This document shows positions 28,921 through 38,508 of a stretch of DNA of 64,000 bases, in pieces. The position numbers and the translations under genes are program-made. Within the stretch, counting starts at the first letter, position 1. The number at the start of each line of letters is the position of its first letter. The notes under the pieces are model-generated. The model ran no database searches and was not told the DNA's origin. It saw only the letters and a list, made by a program, of their open reading frames with translations. The stretch comes from Candidatus Onstottus arcticum. GTDB taxonomy: Bacteria > Acidobacteriota > Blastocatellia > UBA7656. The stretch spans positions 15,633 to 79,632 of the forward strand of contig JBBPIE010000033.1 of NCBI GenBank assembly GCA_038040485.1. Reading direction: 5' to 3'.

Positions 28921-29013
28921 ACCAGCAGCTTTTCAAACCTTTCATCGACAACCTCTGTCCAAATCACCGTCAGCGGATTTGCCTCGCAGTTTGAAGTGAC
29001 GAACGGAGAAAGC

Positions 29014-29328
29014 ATGAAGAGGCTAGTTAGTGTGTTTCTATCGGGAGCGTTGTTTCTTGGGCTGAGCGCGGTTTGCTTTGCAGGTGTGAACGGACGTCAG
29101 TACCGGGAACAACGCCGCATCAGGGAGGGAGTCCGCAGCGGCGAACTCACCCGCCGCGAGGCCGGAAGGCTGGGAGCCGAACAAGCAAGGATCAGAGCCT
29201 ACGAACGCTATGCGCGCCGTGACGGCTACATTTCACCGCGCGAGCGGGCAAGGCTCGATCGTGGGTTGGATCGCGACAGCCGCGACATCTATCGCCAGAA
29301 GCACGACGGCCAGGACCGCAATCCGTAG
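29014..29328 (+). CDS. small secreted arginine-rich protein
   Basis: Start at MKRLVSVFLSGALFLGLSAVCFA, preceded by GGAGAA. The mature part is highly basic and helical (RQYREQRRIREGVRSGELTRREAGRLGAEQARIRAYERYARRDGYISPRERARLDR). Confidence 0.5.
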   Translation: MKRLVSVFLSGALFLGLSAVCFAGVNGRQYREQRRIREGVRSGELTRREAGRLGAEQARIRAYERYARRDGYISPRERARLDRGLDRDSRDIYRQKHDGQDRNP

Positions 29329-29346
29329 AACAAACCACAAACCAGG

Positions 29347-29386
29347 ACGGCGAAGCTCAGGAGGTTTCTCTCTTGCGCTTCGCCGT
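29347..29386 (+). terminator. stem-loop downstream of the small secreted protein gene
   Basis: ACGGCGAAGC (29347-29356) pairs with GCTTCGCCGT (29377-29386), giving a 10-bp stem. Only a short TTT follows. Confidence 0.4.
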
Positions 29387-29401
29387 TTCGGCTGTCTGCC
29401 A

Positions 29402-29451
29402 CAAAAAGAAATGGTGAAGCGCGTCGAACGAGTTCGCGTGCTTCACCATTT
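29402..29451 (-). terminator. rho-independent terminator for the hybrid histidine kinase gene
   Basis: AAATGGTGAAGC (29409-29420) pairs with GCTTCACCATTT (29440-29451), giving a 12-bp stem. On the minus strand the stem is followed by CTTTTTGT (29402-29409). Confidence 0.55.
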
Positions 29452-29477
29452 CCCTGCGCTGTTACTTTTCCGCTGGT

Positions 29478-32400
29478 CTAAACTTTGGTCTGTTCCGCCG
29501 TCGCGCCGATCACTCTTCCTAACTCCGCAAGCAACTCGTCGCGGCTGAAGTTCCCTTTCTGAATTATTCGGGCGGTCCCGATGTCGAGCGCGCGCCGCTC
29601 TTCGTGCGACAGATCGCGCGCGGTCAGTAGCACTACCGGTATCGAGCGCCAATCCGGATTCAAACTCAGGCGATGCACCACCTCGAAACCGTCCATCCCC
29701 GGTAGCATCAAGTCCAGAATGATTGCGTCCGGCTTCGCGCGAGCAATCTCTTCAAGCGCTTGCCGTCCGTCAGTCGCGGTCTGTACCTCGTAGCCCCGGT
29801 CGCCGATCATCGCAAGAACGAGATCGAGCGCGTCTGGGTCATCGTCCACAACAAGGACGCGGCCCGGCGAGGCCGACCCCGCGCGTTCGAGCACCGCGAT
29901 TAGCGCCGCGCGTTCGACCGGCTTGCGCAGGAATATGTCCGCTCCGGCGTCCAGCGAAGTCTGTTCCGACTCGGCGTGCCCGGACAATGCGATGATCGCA
30001 CCGTGCTTCTCAGAACTCGCCAGGCGCTCGACAATGCGAATCGCTTCTTCGACCGAGTCAAGATCAACCGTAATGACTGCCGGCCGCGCCAGCCGCGCGA
30101 TCTCCGCGCCGCGCGCCGGATCGTCCGTCGCCGCGACCGAGTAGCCCGCTTCGGTCAAATACTTCTTGGTCAGGTATAGCGACGCATGATCGCCATCGAT
30201 CACCAAGGCGGTCTTGTCGGGGTCTGCGGCCGGGGCTTCAACTTCGTCGGCCGGCGCCGCGTGACCTTCGATCTCGATCGGCAGAGTCACAGCGAATGAA
30301 GAGCCTTCACCAAGCCGGCTCGTTACATCAATCCGGCCGTCCAGCATCTCTACAAGCCGCCGGGTGATCGCAAGACCCAATCCCGTCCCGGTTCTGGCGC
30401 CCCGGCCCGAGCCGCCAACCTGACGGAACTCTTCGAATACTCTCCCGAGGTCCGACTCGGCTATGCCGACGCCGGTGTCGCTTATGGTGATCCGAATTTG
30501 ATCGCCGCCGGCGCGTTCGGCTGCAACACGCACCTCGCCTTCCTGGGTGAACTTGACCGCGTTTGACAGAAGGTTGATCAGTATCTGCTGAAGCTTCGTG
30601 CGGTCGGTTCGCAGGGCAGGCAGCCCGTTCTCGACTCGGCTTACGAGTTGAATCGGCCGGCCCTCTTTCAACGACTCGACAACGCCGAGCGCGCGCTCGA
30701 TCAGGTCGCGAGCGTCCGCAGGCTCGGCATAGACATCCATCCGGCCCGCTTCGATCTTCGACAAGTCGAGTACGTTGTTGATCAGCCCGAGCAAGTCGCG
30801 CGCGTTTCGTGAAACACGTTCGAGGCTTCGGCGGTGCCGGTCGTTCAAACGCAGCGAGCGGTCGTCTACGAGCAACGACGTGAATCCGATGATCGCGTTC
30901 ATCGGCGTCCGAAGCTCGTGTGACATATCGGCAAGGAACCGAGCGCGCGACTGCGCATCAAGCGCAAGCCGCCGGTTCTCCTCGATCAGGACGCGGTTGC
31001 GTTGTTCGAGGTCGGCGCGTGCGCGTTCGCTCGCTTCCGCGCGAGTACCAAGCCTGAGGGCTGTTTCTTCGAGCCTGGCGGACAACGACTCGAACTGCTT
31101 GATCGCTTCTTCGAGTTGCAGATTCACTTCTTCAACCGAACTCTTTTCCTTCTCGAGATCCGCCGAGCGAAGGCTTTGCGCGGCAAGCTCCTCTTCAAGG
31201 CGCGTGGCGGTCTCGCGGAGAGCCGTGTTCTGCACCCCCGAAGCCGCAACCCGTCCCTCGGCTTGCGCTCGCGTCTCGGCAAGCTCTTTGTTGAGCGAGG
31301 CGTTCTCCTGCTCGACAAGGCTTGCGCGTCCGTCCGCAACAGCGAGTGCTTGCATCAACTCGGAGTTAAGCGAAGTCAGCCGCGCAAGTTCTGCATCGCC
31401 GCCGCCGCGCTGGGACTTCGCAAGCTCGCTTCTGAGCCGCTCAACCTCTGCAACCAGTTGCTCGTTCTCGCCGCTCACCCGGCTGTTCTCGACAGTCAGC
31501 CGCTCGCGGTCCTCGGTGGCATCCGCGATGTTCGACTCAAGCTGAACTACGGTTTGCTCGAGCCTCGACCGCGAATCCTCGGCCATCTGCAGCGAGCGTT
31601 CGAGCTCGGTCACGCTGGCCGAGAGAGCCGCTCGCTCACCTTCGAGCGCGGCGGCCGATTCTTCAAAGGTCGAATCGCGTTCACCGATCCGCGCGGACTG
31701 TTCTTCCAGACGAGCGGCGCGCGAGCTGACTTCCTCGAGTTCGCGCGTGCGATCGGCGATCTCGTCGGTGAGCGCGAGACGCGCGCGGCTGAAATCACTG
31801 AGACTCGCTTCGAGCGCGACAAGCCGCCCCTTGAGTTGCTGATTCTCCTCCTCGAGCCTGTGTCTGTCCGCTTCCAGGTGGTAAGCCATCTCGGATGCCT
31901 GGTGTCCGCTCTCTTCCTGCATCTTTGACAGCGCTTCGTTCTCCTCGCGCAGTTGCCGGGTCTGAGTTTCCAGCTCCTGCAGCCGGCGGCCGGCTTCCCC
32001 GGTCGCACCGGCAAGCGCCTCGCGCTCAACCCTCAGAAAGGCCAGCGACTCTTCGAGCTCGCGCTCTCGCGTTGTTGCCTGAACCGGCCTGGCTGGGGAA
32101 CCGTCCCCCCCTAGCCGCTCTCTCAGCGAGTCGCACCGCGACTGAAGCTCGGCGACGCGAATCGCTGCGACTGCCGCTGGTGCAAGCGCGTCTATCGTCT
32201 CCAGTTCGTCTTGTCGAATCGGCCGGCGGTTGAAGACGCCGATCAGCCCGATTGTGCCGGACGCGCTTCTGAGCGGGTAGAGCGCGTAGGAGTCCGAGCT
32301 GTCGGGTTGTTTGCTGTGCTGAAGGCTGAACAGCTTTTCTCCGGTTACGTTCGCTTCGGTGAAATCCGAGATGCCGCCACTGGTGATCAACGGCGCCTTG

Positions 32401-32732
32401 AAAACCGACAGCGGAATGCGCGGATACTCGCGGTCTATCTCTGCGCCGCTCGCTGCGATCAGGTGCATGCACATCTGCCGGTTCGTGCATATCTCGGCGA
32501 GTGCGCAACGCTCACAGATGTCGCCGCGCTTGACGACCCAAATCTTGCACGTCGGAGATCCAATGTCAGTCGCGACCTGCTCGGCGATCAGGTCCAGCGC
32601 GCGTTCCAGGCTCGAGCCGCGGCCGACTTCGTCAAAGATCTGCCGTATTCGCATTTCTCGGGATGTTTGCATTTTTCGAGTGAGCGCGGGAGCTAGCGTT
32701 GTCCGGCTTGACCATCCTGCTTCAATGGCCAC
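29478..32732 (-). CDS. hybrid sensor histidine kinase: GAF - ~400-aa coiled coil - HisKA - HATPase - degenerate REC - REC
   Basis: H-box FLADMSHELRTPMNAIIGF. N/G boxes (LLSNAVKFT, DTGVGI, GTGLGLAI). Terminal receiver VLVVDDDPD..ILDLMLPGMDG. The N-terminal GAF-like domain has a Cys-rich insert, CERCALAEICTNRQMC. The start may be an internal Met (MQTSREM or MRIRQIF). Confidence 0.85.
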   Translation of the reverse strand: MAIEAGWSSRTTLAPALTRKMQTSREMRIRQIFDEVGRGSSLERALDLIAEQVATDIGSPTCKIWVVKRGDICERCALAEICTNRQMCMHLIAASGAEIDREYPRIPLSVFKAPLITSGGISDFTEANVTGEKLFSLQHSKQPDSSDSYALYPLRSASGTIGLIGVFNRRPIRQDELETIDALAPAAVAAIRVAELQSRCDSLRERLGGDGSPARPVQATTRERELEESLAFLRVEREALAGATGEAGRRLQELETQTRQLREENEALSKMQEESGHQASEMAYHLEADRHRLEEENQQLKGRLVALEASLSDFSRARLALTDEIADRTRELEEVSSRAARLEEQSARIGERDSTFEESAAALEGERAALSASVTELERSLQMAEDSRSRLEQTVVQLESNIADATEDRERLTVENSRVSGENEQLVAEVERLRSELAKSQRGGGDAELARLTSLNSELMQALAVADGRASLVEQENASLNKELAETRAQAEGRVAASGVQNTALRETATRLEEELAAQSLRSADLEKEKSSVEEVNLQLEEAIKQFESLSARLEETALRLGTRAEASERARADLEQRNRVLIEENRRLALDAQSRARFLADMSHELRTPMNAIIGFTSLLVDDRSLRLNDRHRRSLERVSRNARDLLGLINNVLDLSKIEAGRMDVYAEPADARDLIERALGVVESLKEGRPIQLVSRVENGLPALRTDRTKLQQILINLLSNAVKFTQEGEVRVAAERAGGDQIRITISDTGVGIAESDLGRVFEEFRQVGGSGRGARTGTGLGLAITRRLVEMLDGRIDVTSRLGEGSSFAVTLPIEIEGHAAPADEVEAPAADPDKTALVIDGDHASLYLTKKYLTEAGYSVAATDDPARGAEIARLARPAVITVDLDSVEEAIRIVERLASSEKHGAIIALSGHAESEQTSLDAGADIFLRKPVERAALIAVLERAGSASPGRVLVVDDDPDALDLVLAMIGDRGYEVQTATDGRQALEEIARAKPDAIILDLMLPGMDGFEVVHRLSLNPDWRSIPVVLLTARDLSHEERRALDIGTARIIQKGNFSRDELLAELGRVIGATAEQTKV

Positions 32733-32922
32733 CCGCTGATTTTAGTACCTCGGCTAGTGACCGTCAATTATAAGCTTTGAGACCGGGACTGGGTCGCCGG
32801 CCGGAAATCAGCCGATTCGCAGGGAAGCTAACCTGATCGAGGATGTTGCGGGCTCCTTGTTCGCTTCGGGCTGGCGATATAAACTTGACGGGCGGCTTGA
32901 TGAACCCAGGATTCGCTTCACT

Positions 32923-33396
32923 ATGTCCGAAGACATCAGACAAAAGATTCAAGACGAACTGAAGCAACTCGAAACCGAGTTGAGGACCGAAATCCCGGCG
33001 GAACTAAAGCGAGCCGTGGCGATGGGCGATCTTTCGGAGAACGCCGAGTATGAATCTGCGCGCAGTCGACAGGACTTCGTGCGGGCACGGATCGCGAACC
33101 TGCGGAAGCGCATGGCCGATGTGTCCCGCTTGGATACCTCACGGCTACCGCACGACCGGGTGGCTTACGGTTCAACGGTCAAGCTTGACGACCTGGACAC
33201 GGGCGAGGAGTTCAACTACAAGCTCGTGATGGCCGAAGACTCGGACGCGTCGCAGAACAAGATATCGACGACCTCACCGATCGGGCGCGGACTGATGGGC
33301 AAGAGCGAGGGCGACGAGGTCGAAATAACCACTCCGTCAGGGAAACGACGCTTTGAGATAGTCAAACTGATGACAGTCCACGATAAGGCGGATTAG
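32923..33396 (+). CDS. greA: transcription elongation factor GreA
   Basis: Start at MSEDIRQKIQDELKQLE. The GDLSENAEYESAR motif and the C-terminal SPIGRGLMGKSEGDEVEI are typical of GreA. Confidence 0.85.
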   Translation: MSEDIRQKIQDELKQLETELRTEIPAELKRAVAMGDLSENAEYESARSRQDFVRARIANLRKRMADVSRLDTSRLPHDRVAYGSTVKLDDLDTGEEFNYKLVMAEDSDASQNKISTTSPIGRGLMGKSEGDEVEITTPSGKRRFEIVKLMTVHDKAD

Positions 33397-33550
33397 CCAA
33401 AACTGGCCTGGCGCTGGCGCGTAAAAAGAGGTGCCTGGCGCGCCTGTAGCGGCTCAAATCTTTCAAACTCCCACTCCTTGACAATGAGGTTGCGGCTTTG
33501 CAATAGTAGCGCTTCGCTGGTGGCGGCGATGGCCTAAGCACGGAGGCCTG

Positions 33551-34264
33551 TTGATGATAAGTGAAGCCATCGGGACCGGTGGTAAGCGGATACTGGGAGC
33601 AATCGTTCGCTGGGTTTCGCGAAGCCGGATAAACCCTAACGTTCTGACCTTCATCGGGCTGCTTATCAACATCGGCTGCGGCGTGCTGTACGGCTACGGG
33701 ATGTTTTTCAAGGCGGGGTTGTTGATGATCCTCGCCAACGTCTTTGATATGCTGGACGGACACGTGGCGCGGCTTCGAGGTCGAGTTACCAGGTTCGGTG
33801 CGTTCTTTGATTCGGTTATCGATCGCTATTCTGACATAATAGTGTATGTCGGAATAATGGTCTTCTATGCGCGCGACACCGAGAAGCATTCGACGCTGCT
33901 CGTGGCATTGACAGGGCTCGCGCTGGTAGGCTCCGTGATGGTCAGCTACTCGCGTGCGCGAGCCGAGTCGCTGGACATTGCGTGCAAAGTCGGTTTCCTC
34001 GAACGGCCGGAGCGAGTGGTTTTGTTGATCATCGGTTCGCTGACCGAAATCGGTCCGGCTTCGAACCCGTTCCTGCACAAGATGCCGCAGGTGCTTTGGG
34101 TGCTGGCCTTGTTGTCGCACTGGACCGTGGTGCACAGGGTTTATCACACGTGGCGCGAACTGCGAGAGCCCGATCGCGCTGCCGTCGAAGCCGAGCGCTT
34201 GAAGCGAGAGGAAGCACCAGGCGAAGAAAAGCTTTTGAGAGCGGAACATTTCGTCCAGAACTGA
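33551..34264 (+). CDS. CDP-alcohol phosphatidyltransferase family protein
   Basis: DMLDGHVARLRGRVTRFGAFFDSVIDRYSD matches D-G-x2-A-R-x8-G-x3-D-x3-D. Multi-TM protein. Confidence 0.8.
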   Translation: MMISEAIGTGGKRILGAIVRWVSRSRINPNVLTFIGLLINIGCGVLYGYGMFFKAGLLMILANVFDMLDGHVARLRGRVTRFGAFFDSVIDRYSDIIVYVGIMVFYARDTEKHSTLLVALTGLALVGSVMVSYSRARAESLDIACKVGFLERPERVVLLIIGSLTEIGPASNPFLHKMPQVLWVLALLSHWTVVHRVYHTWRELREPDRAAVEAERLKREEAPGEEKLLRAEHFVQN

Positions 34265-34338
34265 TTTTGAGTTCTGCAAGGAAGACAACTGTGGACGCGA
34301 CGATTGGAATTCAGAATCAGTTCGGAAGGAAGCAGTCG

Positions 34339-35076
34339 ATGGATTGCCCGTGTTGCGGCGTGAGCATAACGCTTGGCGTGGAGCGGTGCGGGTGCGGAGC
34401 CCGGTTCGTGGGCGAGCCGCTCGACGATGCGCCGCTCAAGATCCAGCGCCTGGGACCCGTCATGACTTCGGTTTTGCTGCTCGCGATTGTTGTCGTGGTG
34501 TCACTCGCCTTCACGAAGTGGCTGGCGTTTGCAGGGGTTGTAGTGTTGTGGTCTTCGTGGCGAGCGGTGAAGCTTGCCCGGCGAAATCCGGAATGGTACG
34601 GCGGTTATCGAACAGCAGCGACGACGCTGACCATGACGATCCTTGCAAGCACGATTCTGGGGGCTTACGGCATTTCTCACATTCCAATCGCTCTCGAAAA
34701 CCGGCGCATCCGCCAGATAGCAGCGACCCAGGCGCTTTGCTATCACGTCCAAATCTTGCTCGAAGAGTACAAGCGTACTTATGGCTCGTACCCAAGGAAC
34801 GCGCAGGAATACGAAAAGGCGATAGGGAAATCGCTCCCGATGGATTATTGGGAACAGAGCATCAAGTACCAAAGCTACACCGATGCAATCGCCGACGGAA
34901 CTAACCCATCGTCACTCGGCCGGACCGGCCTTCCCTTCAACAATTTTGAGCTGCGCTCGGCAGGACCGGACGGCAAGCTCGGCACCGATGACGACGTCAT
35001 CATGCGCGACGGCATATTCTTCCCGAACTCCGAAGTAAGGAAACAGCCAGCAGGCCGAATCTCGGCTGATCGATAG
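34339..35076 (+). CDS. zinc-ribbon / 2-TM protein with a C-terminal type II secretion GspG-like (pseudopilin globular) domain
   Basis: The start is MDCPCCGVSITLGVERCGCGARF, not the long overlapping ORF beginning at 33982. Two TM helices. The C-terminal part (YKRTYGSYPRNAQEY..PMDYWEQSIKYQSY..FELRSAGPDGKLGTDDDVIM) resembles the T2SS-G domain. Confidence 0.5.
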   Translation: MDCPCCGVSITLGVERCGCGARFVGEPLDDAPLKIQRLGPVMTSVLLLAIVVVVSLAFTKWLAFAGVVVLWSSWRAVKLARRNPEWYGGYRTAATTLTMTILASTILGAYGISHIPIALENRRIRQIAATQALCYHVQILLEEYKRTYGSYPRNAQEYEKAIGKSLPMDYWEQSIKYQSYTDAIADGTNPSSLGRTGLPFNNFELRSAGPDGKLGTDDDVIMRDGIFFPNSEVRKQPAGRISADR

Positions 35077-35190
35077 CAGGCGACCGTGCAACGGGCCCAA
35101 GGGCTTTCGGCCGGCGCACCGCTATCGGGAAAGCTTGTGCTGCGCTCTTACTAAGTTCGCGGCCGCGCCGGTCTCAACCCTCCTGCGTTT

Positions 35191-36705
35191 ATGTTTAGCA
35201 AGCTGCTGATCGCCAATCGCGGGGAGATAGCGGTCCGAATCGCGCGGGCCTGCCGTGAGATGGGTATTTCACCCGTCGCGGTTTACTCGGACGCCGACCG
35301 CGCGTCCCTTCACGTTCGCGTCGCAGAAGAAGCCGTTCACATCGGGCCGTCACCCTCCAACGAAAGCTACCTCGTCATCGACAAGATCATCGGCGCCGCG
35401 CGACAAGTCGGCGCGGAAGCGATTCACCCCGGCTATGGATTCCTTTCAGAGAACGCCGGCTTCGCCCAGGCAGTTGAAGACGCCGGCCTTGTGCTGATAG
35501 GCCCGCCGGCTTCTGCGATGCGATTAATGGGGTCCAAGACCAGTGCTCGCATCACAGCGCAAACCGCGGGCGTTCCGCTTGTGCCCGGGACTACAAGCTC
35601 GTTGGCTTCACTCGAGGAAGCCGAGTCAGTCGCTGAAGCCGTCGGCTACCCGATCATGCTCAAAGCCGCATCGGGCGGAGGCGGCAAGGGAATGCGGCTT
35701 GTGCGCTCGCGTGAGGAACTCGCGAGCGCCTACTCGCTCGCGCAGTCCGAAGCCGCTTCGAGTTTCAATGATGCGTCGGTTTACATCGAGAAGTACATCG
35801 ACCGGCCTCGCCACGTTGAGATTCAGTTGATCGGCGACCGTCACGGAAACATTGTTTATCTCGGCGAGCGTGAGTGCTCGCTTCAACGGCGTCATCAGAA
35901 AGTCATCGAGGAGTGTCCCTCTCCCGTGCTCGACGAAGGGCTGCGTCAGCGAATGGGAGAGGCGGCCGTCAAGGTCGCGCGCGCGGCCGGCTACGTGAAC
36001 GCCGGAACTGTTGAGTTCCTTTTGGATGCGCAGCGGAATTTCTACTTCCTTGAGATGAACACCCGGCTTCAGGTCGAGCACCCGGTCACCGAACTGGTCA
36101 CCGGCCGCGACCTGGTTCACGAGCAGATAAGAGTCGCCGCCGGCGAGAAGCTGTCGTTTGCTCAAGAGGACATTGCGATGCGAGGCGCCGCAATCGAGTG
36201 CCGCATCTATGCCGAGGATCCCGACAACGGCTTCCTGCCGAGCCCCGGGCTGATCACAAGGTTGGTGGAGCCCGCGGGGCCGGGCGTTCGGTACGACAGC
36301 GGCAGTTATCAAGGTTGGGAAGTGCCGATCTTCTACGATTCGCTGCTCGCGAAGTTGTGCGTGTGGGCCGAGACTCGCGAGGCGGCAGTGAATCGGCTTA
36401 CGCGAGTCCTCGATGAATACACAATCGAGGGTATCAACACCACGCTCCCTTTCTTTCGCGCGGTAGCGCGCGACCCGGAATTCAGACGCGGCGAGTTTGA
36501 TACAGGATTCATCGATCGGTTCCTCAGTCCCGAGGCCAGAGCAAAGCGCTCAAACGATGGCCCGGCCGACCCGACGCTCGCTGACCTTGCGGCGATCGCG
36601 GCGGTGTTGCACTCAAAGGCTTCCGCGCGCGGAGCCGCATCTTCGCAGGGACGTTCGGATGAAAGCCGCTGGAAGCTTGAGGCGCGGCTTGCTCAACGAC
36701 GGTGA
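35191..36705 (+). CDS. accC: biotin carboxylase (acetyl/acyl-CoA carboxylase subunit)
   Basis: MFSKLLIANRGEIAVRI. ATP-grasp glycine loop KAASGGGGKGMR. EMNTRLQVEHPVTE. About 50 aa C-terminal extension. Confidence 0.9.
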   Translation: MFSKLLIANRGEIAVRIARACREMGISPVAVYSDADRASLHVRVAEEAVHIGPSPSNESYLVIDKIIGAARQVGAEAIHPGYGFLSENAGFAQAVEDAGLVLIGPPASAMRLMGSKTSARITAQTAGVPLVPGTTSSLASLEEAESVAEAVGYPIMLKAASGGGGKGMRLVRSREELASAYSLAQSEAASSFNDASVYIEKYIDRPRHVEIQLIGDRHGNIVYLGERECSLQRRHQKVIEECPSPVLDEGLRQRMGEAAVKVARAAGYVNAGTVEFLLDAQRNFYFLEMNTRLQVEHPVTELVTGRDLVHEQIRVAAGEKLSFAQEDIAMRGAAIECRIYAEDPDNGFLPSPGLITRLVEPAGPGVRYDSGSYQGWEVPIFYDSLLAKLCVWAETREAAVNRLTRVLDEYTIEGINTTLPFFRAVARDPEFRRGEFDTGFIDRFLSPEARAKRSNDGPADPTLADLAAIAAVLHSKASARGAASSQGRSDESRWKLEARLAQRR

Positions 36706-36731
36706 CGCGCAATCCGCAGTTTGGCTCAAAC

Positions 36732-37223
36732 ATGAAATACGAAGCGGAGATAGACGGTCATCAGATAAGCCTCGAAGTCGAGCAACGCAACGGGCGTGTC
36801 GTTGCCGCGGCCGGCCAGCGAAGCTACGACATGGAAGTGACCAGCCCGGAACCCGGTGTGTACCTGATGTTCCTGGGAGACCAGGTTTTCGAAGCGCGTG
36901 TTTGGTCCGCGGATACAAACTCGTTGCGCGTAGCAGTGGGCGGCCGCCTGTTCACCGCAAGCATCATCGACCGCAAGCATCGTCGAACCGTCGAACACCG
37001 TCCGGAAGGCCCCCAGCAGATTACTGCGCCTATGCCGGGGAAAGTAGTTCGAGTTCTGTTAAGGCCTGGCGACGAGGTTGCCGCAGGCCAGGGAGTCATC
37101 GTCGTTGAAGCGATGAAGATGCAGAACGAAATCAAGTCCACCAAAGCCGGCCGCATCCTGGAAATCCGCGTCGCTGAAGGCGAATCCGTCAACAACAAAC
37201 AGGTGCTTGCCATCGTCGAATAA
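36732..37223 (+). CDS. biotin/lipoyl-attachment domain protein (biotin carboxyl carrier)
   Basis: C-terminal VEAMKMQNEI biotinylation motif. The start is ambiguous: the GTG at 36702 overlaps the accC stop, while the ATG at 36732 gives MKYEAEIDG. Confidence 0.75.
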   Translation: MKYEAEIDGHQISLEVEQRNGRVVAAAGQRSYDMEVTSPEPGVYLMFLGDQVFEARVWSADTNSLRVAVGGRLFTASIIDRKHRRTVEHRPEGPQQITAPMPGKVVRVLLRPGDEVAAGQGVIVVEAMKMQNEIKSTKAGRILEIRVAEGESVNNKQVLAIVE

Positions 37224-37231
37224 CCCGCCTG

Positions 37232-37313
37232 GTAGCATAGACTTTAGTCTGTGTGTTCGATGTAAACGAGCTATGAACATCGAGGACGCCACACAGACTA
37301 AAGTCTATGCTAC
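37232..37313. repeat. perfect 24-bp inverted repeat with nested 7-bp hairpin (probable bidirectional terminator)
   Basis: GTAGCATAGACTTTAGTCTGTGTG (37232-37255) is the exact reverse complement of CACACAGACTAAAGTCTATGCTAC (37290-37313). The loop contains TCGATGT...ACATCGA. It lies between convergent genes. Confidence 0.85.
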
Positions 37314-37431
37314 TTCTTCAGGCAAATCCCTATCATGTTGTGGCGATGGTTGGTTTGTGGCGATGGATTGGTTGGGTGTGTTCGTCCGGCGGTCAGTTCT
37401 TTTTTGAGATTCGCGGCGGCTGAGCTGCCTC

Positions 37432-38508
37432 CTAGGCGGCTTCAGCGTCACCCTTGAGCTTCTCGGCTTGATAGTGCGCAACCAGCGCGTCTATCAACTC
37501 CCCGATGTCGCCTTCCATGAAAAGGTTCAACTGGTGGGACGTGTAGCCAATGCGATGATCCGTGACGCGATTGTCTTTGAAGTTGTACGTGCGAATCTTT
37601 TCCGAACGGTCGCCCGAGCCTACCATCGAACGCCGTTCGCTCGCGATAGCCTGGTGCTGTTTGTCCTGCTCCATCTCGAGCAGGCGCGAGCGCAGCACTC
37701 GCATCGCCTTCTCGCGATTCTTGATCTGCGACTTTTCGTCCTGCATCGACACAACGGTGTTTGAAGGAAGGTGAGTTATTCGCACAGCCGAGTAAGTCGT
37801 GTTCACCGACTGGCCGCCGGGACCCGAAGAGCAGAACGTGTCGATGCGTAAGTCCTTCGCATCTATCTTGATGTCGACTTCTTCGGCCTCAGGAAGAACG
37901 GCGACTGTGATAGCCGACGTGTGAATGCGGCCCGATGCTTCGGTCTGAGGAACGCGCTGGACTCGATGAACGCCCGATTCGTGTTTGAGCTTCGAGTAGA
38001 CGCGCGTGCCTTCGATCAGCAGGATCGCTTCCTTGAGACCGCCGATGCCTGACTCGCTTGCTTCCAGGACTTGAACGCGCCACTTCTGCCGCTCGCCGTA
38101 TCGCGTGTACATGCGAACGATCTCTGCAGCGAACAGCGTAGCTTCATCGCCGCCGGTCCCGGCTCGAATCTCGAGTATGACGTTCTTCTCGTCGTTCGGA
38201 TCTTTTGGCAACAGCAAGACTTTCAGCTCGGCTTCAATGGCATCGCGGCGCTCTTGAAGCTCCGCCAGTTCGCCGCGTGCCAGCGCAAGCATCTCGGCGT
38301 CATCTTCGGCGGTCAACATCTCCTCCGTCTCGGCTACGCCGCGGGCAAGCGATTTGTACTCGCGATACTTGCCGACGATTTCTTCGAGTTCGCGGTGTTG
38401 CCGCGCCGTGCGGGTGTACTTCTGCTGGTCCGCCAGCAGCTCCGGATCGCTGAGCTGTTGCGAAACGTCTTCAAGCCTTAGTTCGATTGCATCTAATCTG
38501 CTAAACAT
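37432..38508 (-). CDS. prfA: peptide chain release factor 1
   Basis: GGQ motif ([18 protein letters not shown]). RF1-type tripeptide region [14 protein letters not shown]. Confidence 0.9.
   Translation of the reverse strand: MFSRLDAIELRLEDVSQQLSDPELLADQQKYTRTARQHRELEEIVGKYREYKSLARGVAETEEMLTAEDDAEMLALARGELAELQERRDAIEAELKVLLLPKDPNDEKNVILEIRAGTGGDEATLFAAEIVRMYTRYGERQKWRVQVLEASESGIGGLKEAILLIEGTRVYSKLKHESGVHRVQRVPQTEASGRIHTSAITVAVLPEAEEVDIKIDAKDLRIDTFCSSGPGGQSVNTTYSAVRITHLPSNTVVSMQDEKSQIKNREKAMRVLRSRLLEMEQDKQHQAIASERRSMVGSGDRSEKIRTYNFKDNRVTDHRIGYTSHQLNLFMEGDIGELIDALVAHYQAEKLKGDAEAA

Noticed and set aside
30775-31928. Long plus-strand ORFs (256 and 308 aa) antisense to the histidine kinase
   Set aside because: They lie opposite the low-complexity coiled-coil coding region. 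Their translations are Ser/Arg/Leu-rich with no motifs. This is a typical high-GC antisense artefact.
33982-34338. N-terminal 119-aa extension of ORF 33982-35076, overlapping the CDP-alcohol phosphatidyltransferase gene
   Set aside because: The extension is Arg/Ala-rich and out of frame with a motif-bearing gene. A clean start (MDCPCCG) exists at 34339.
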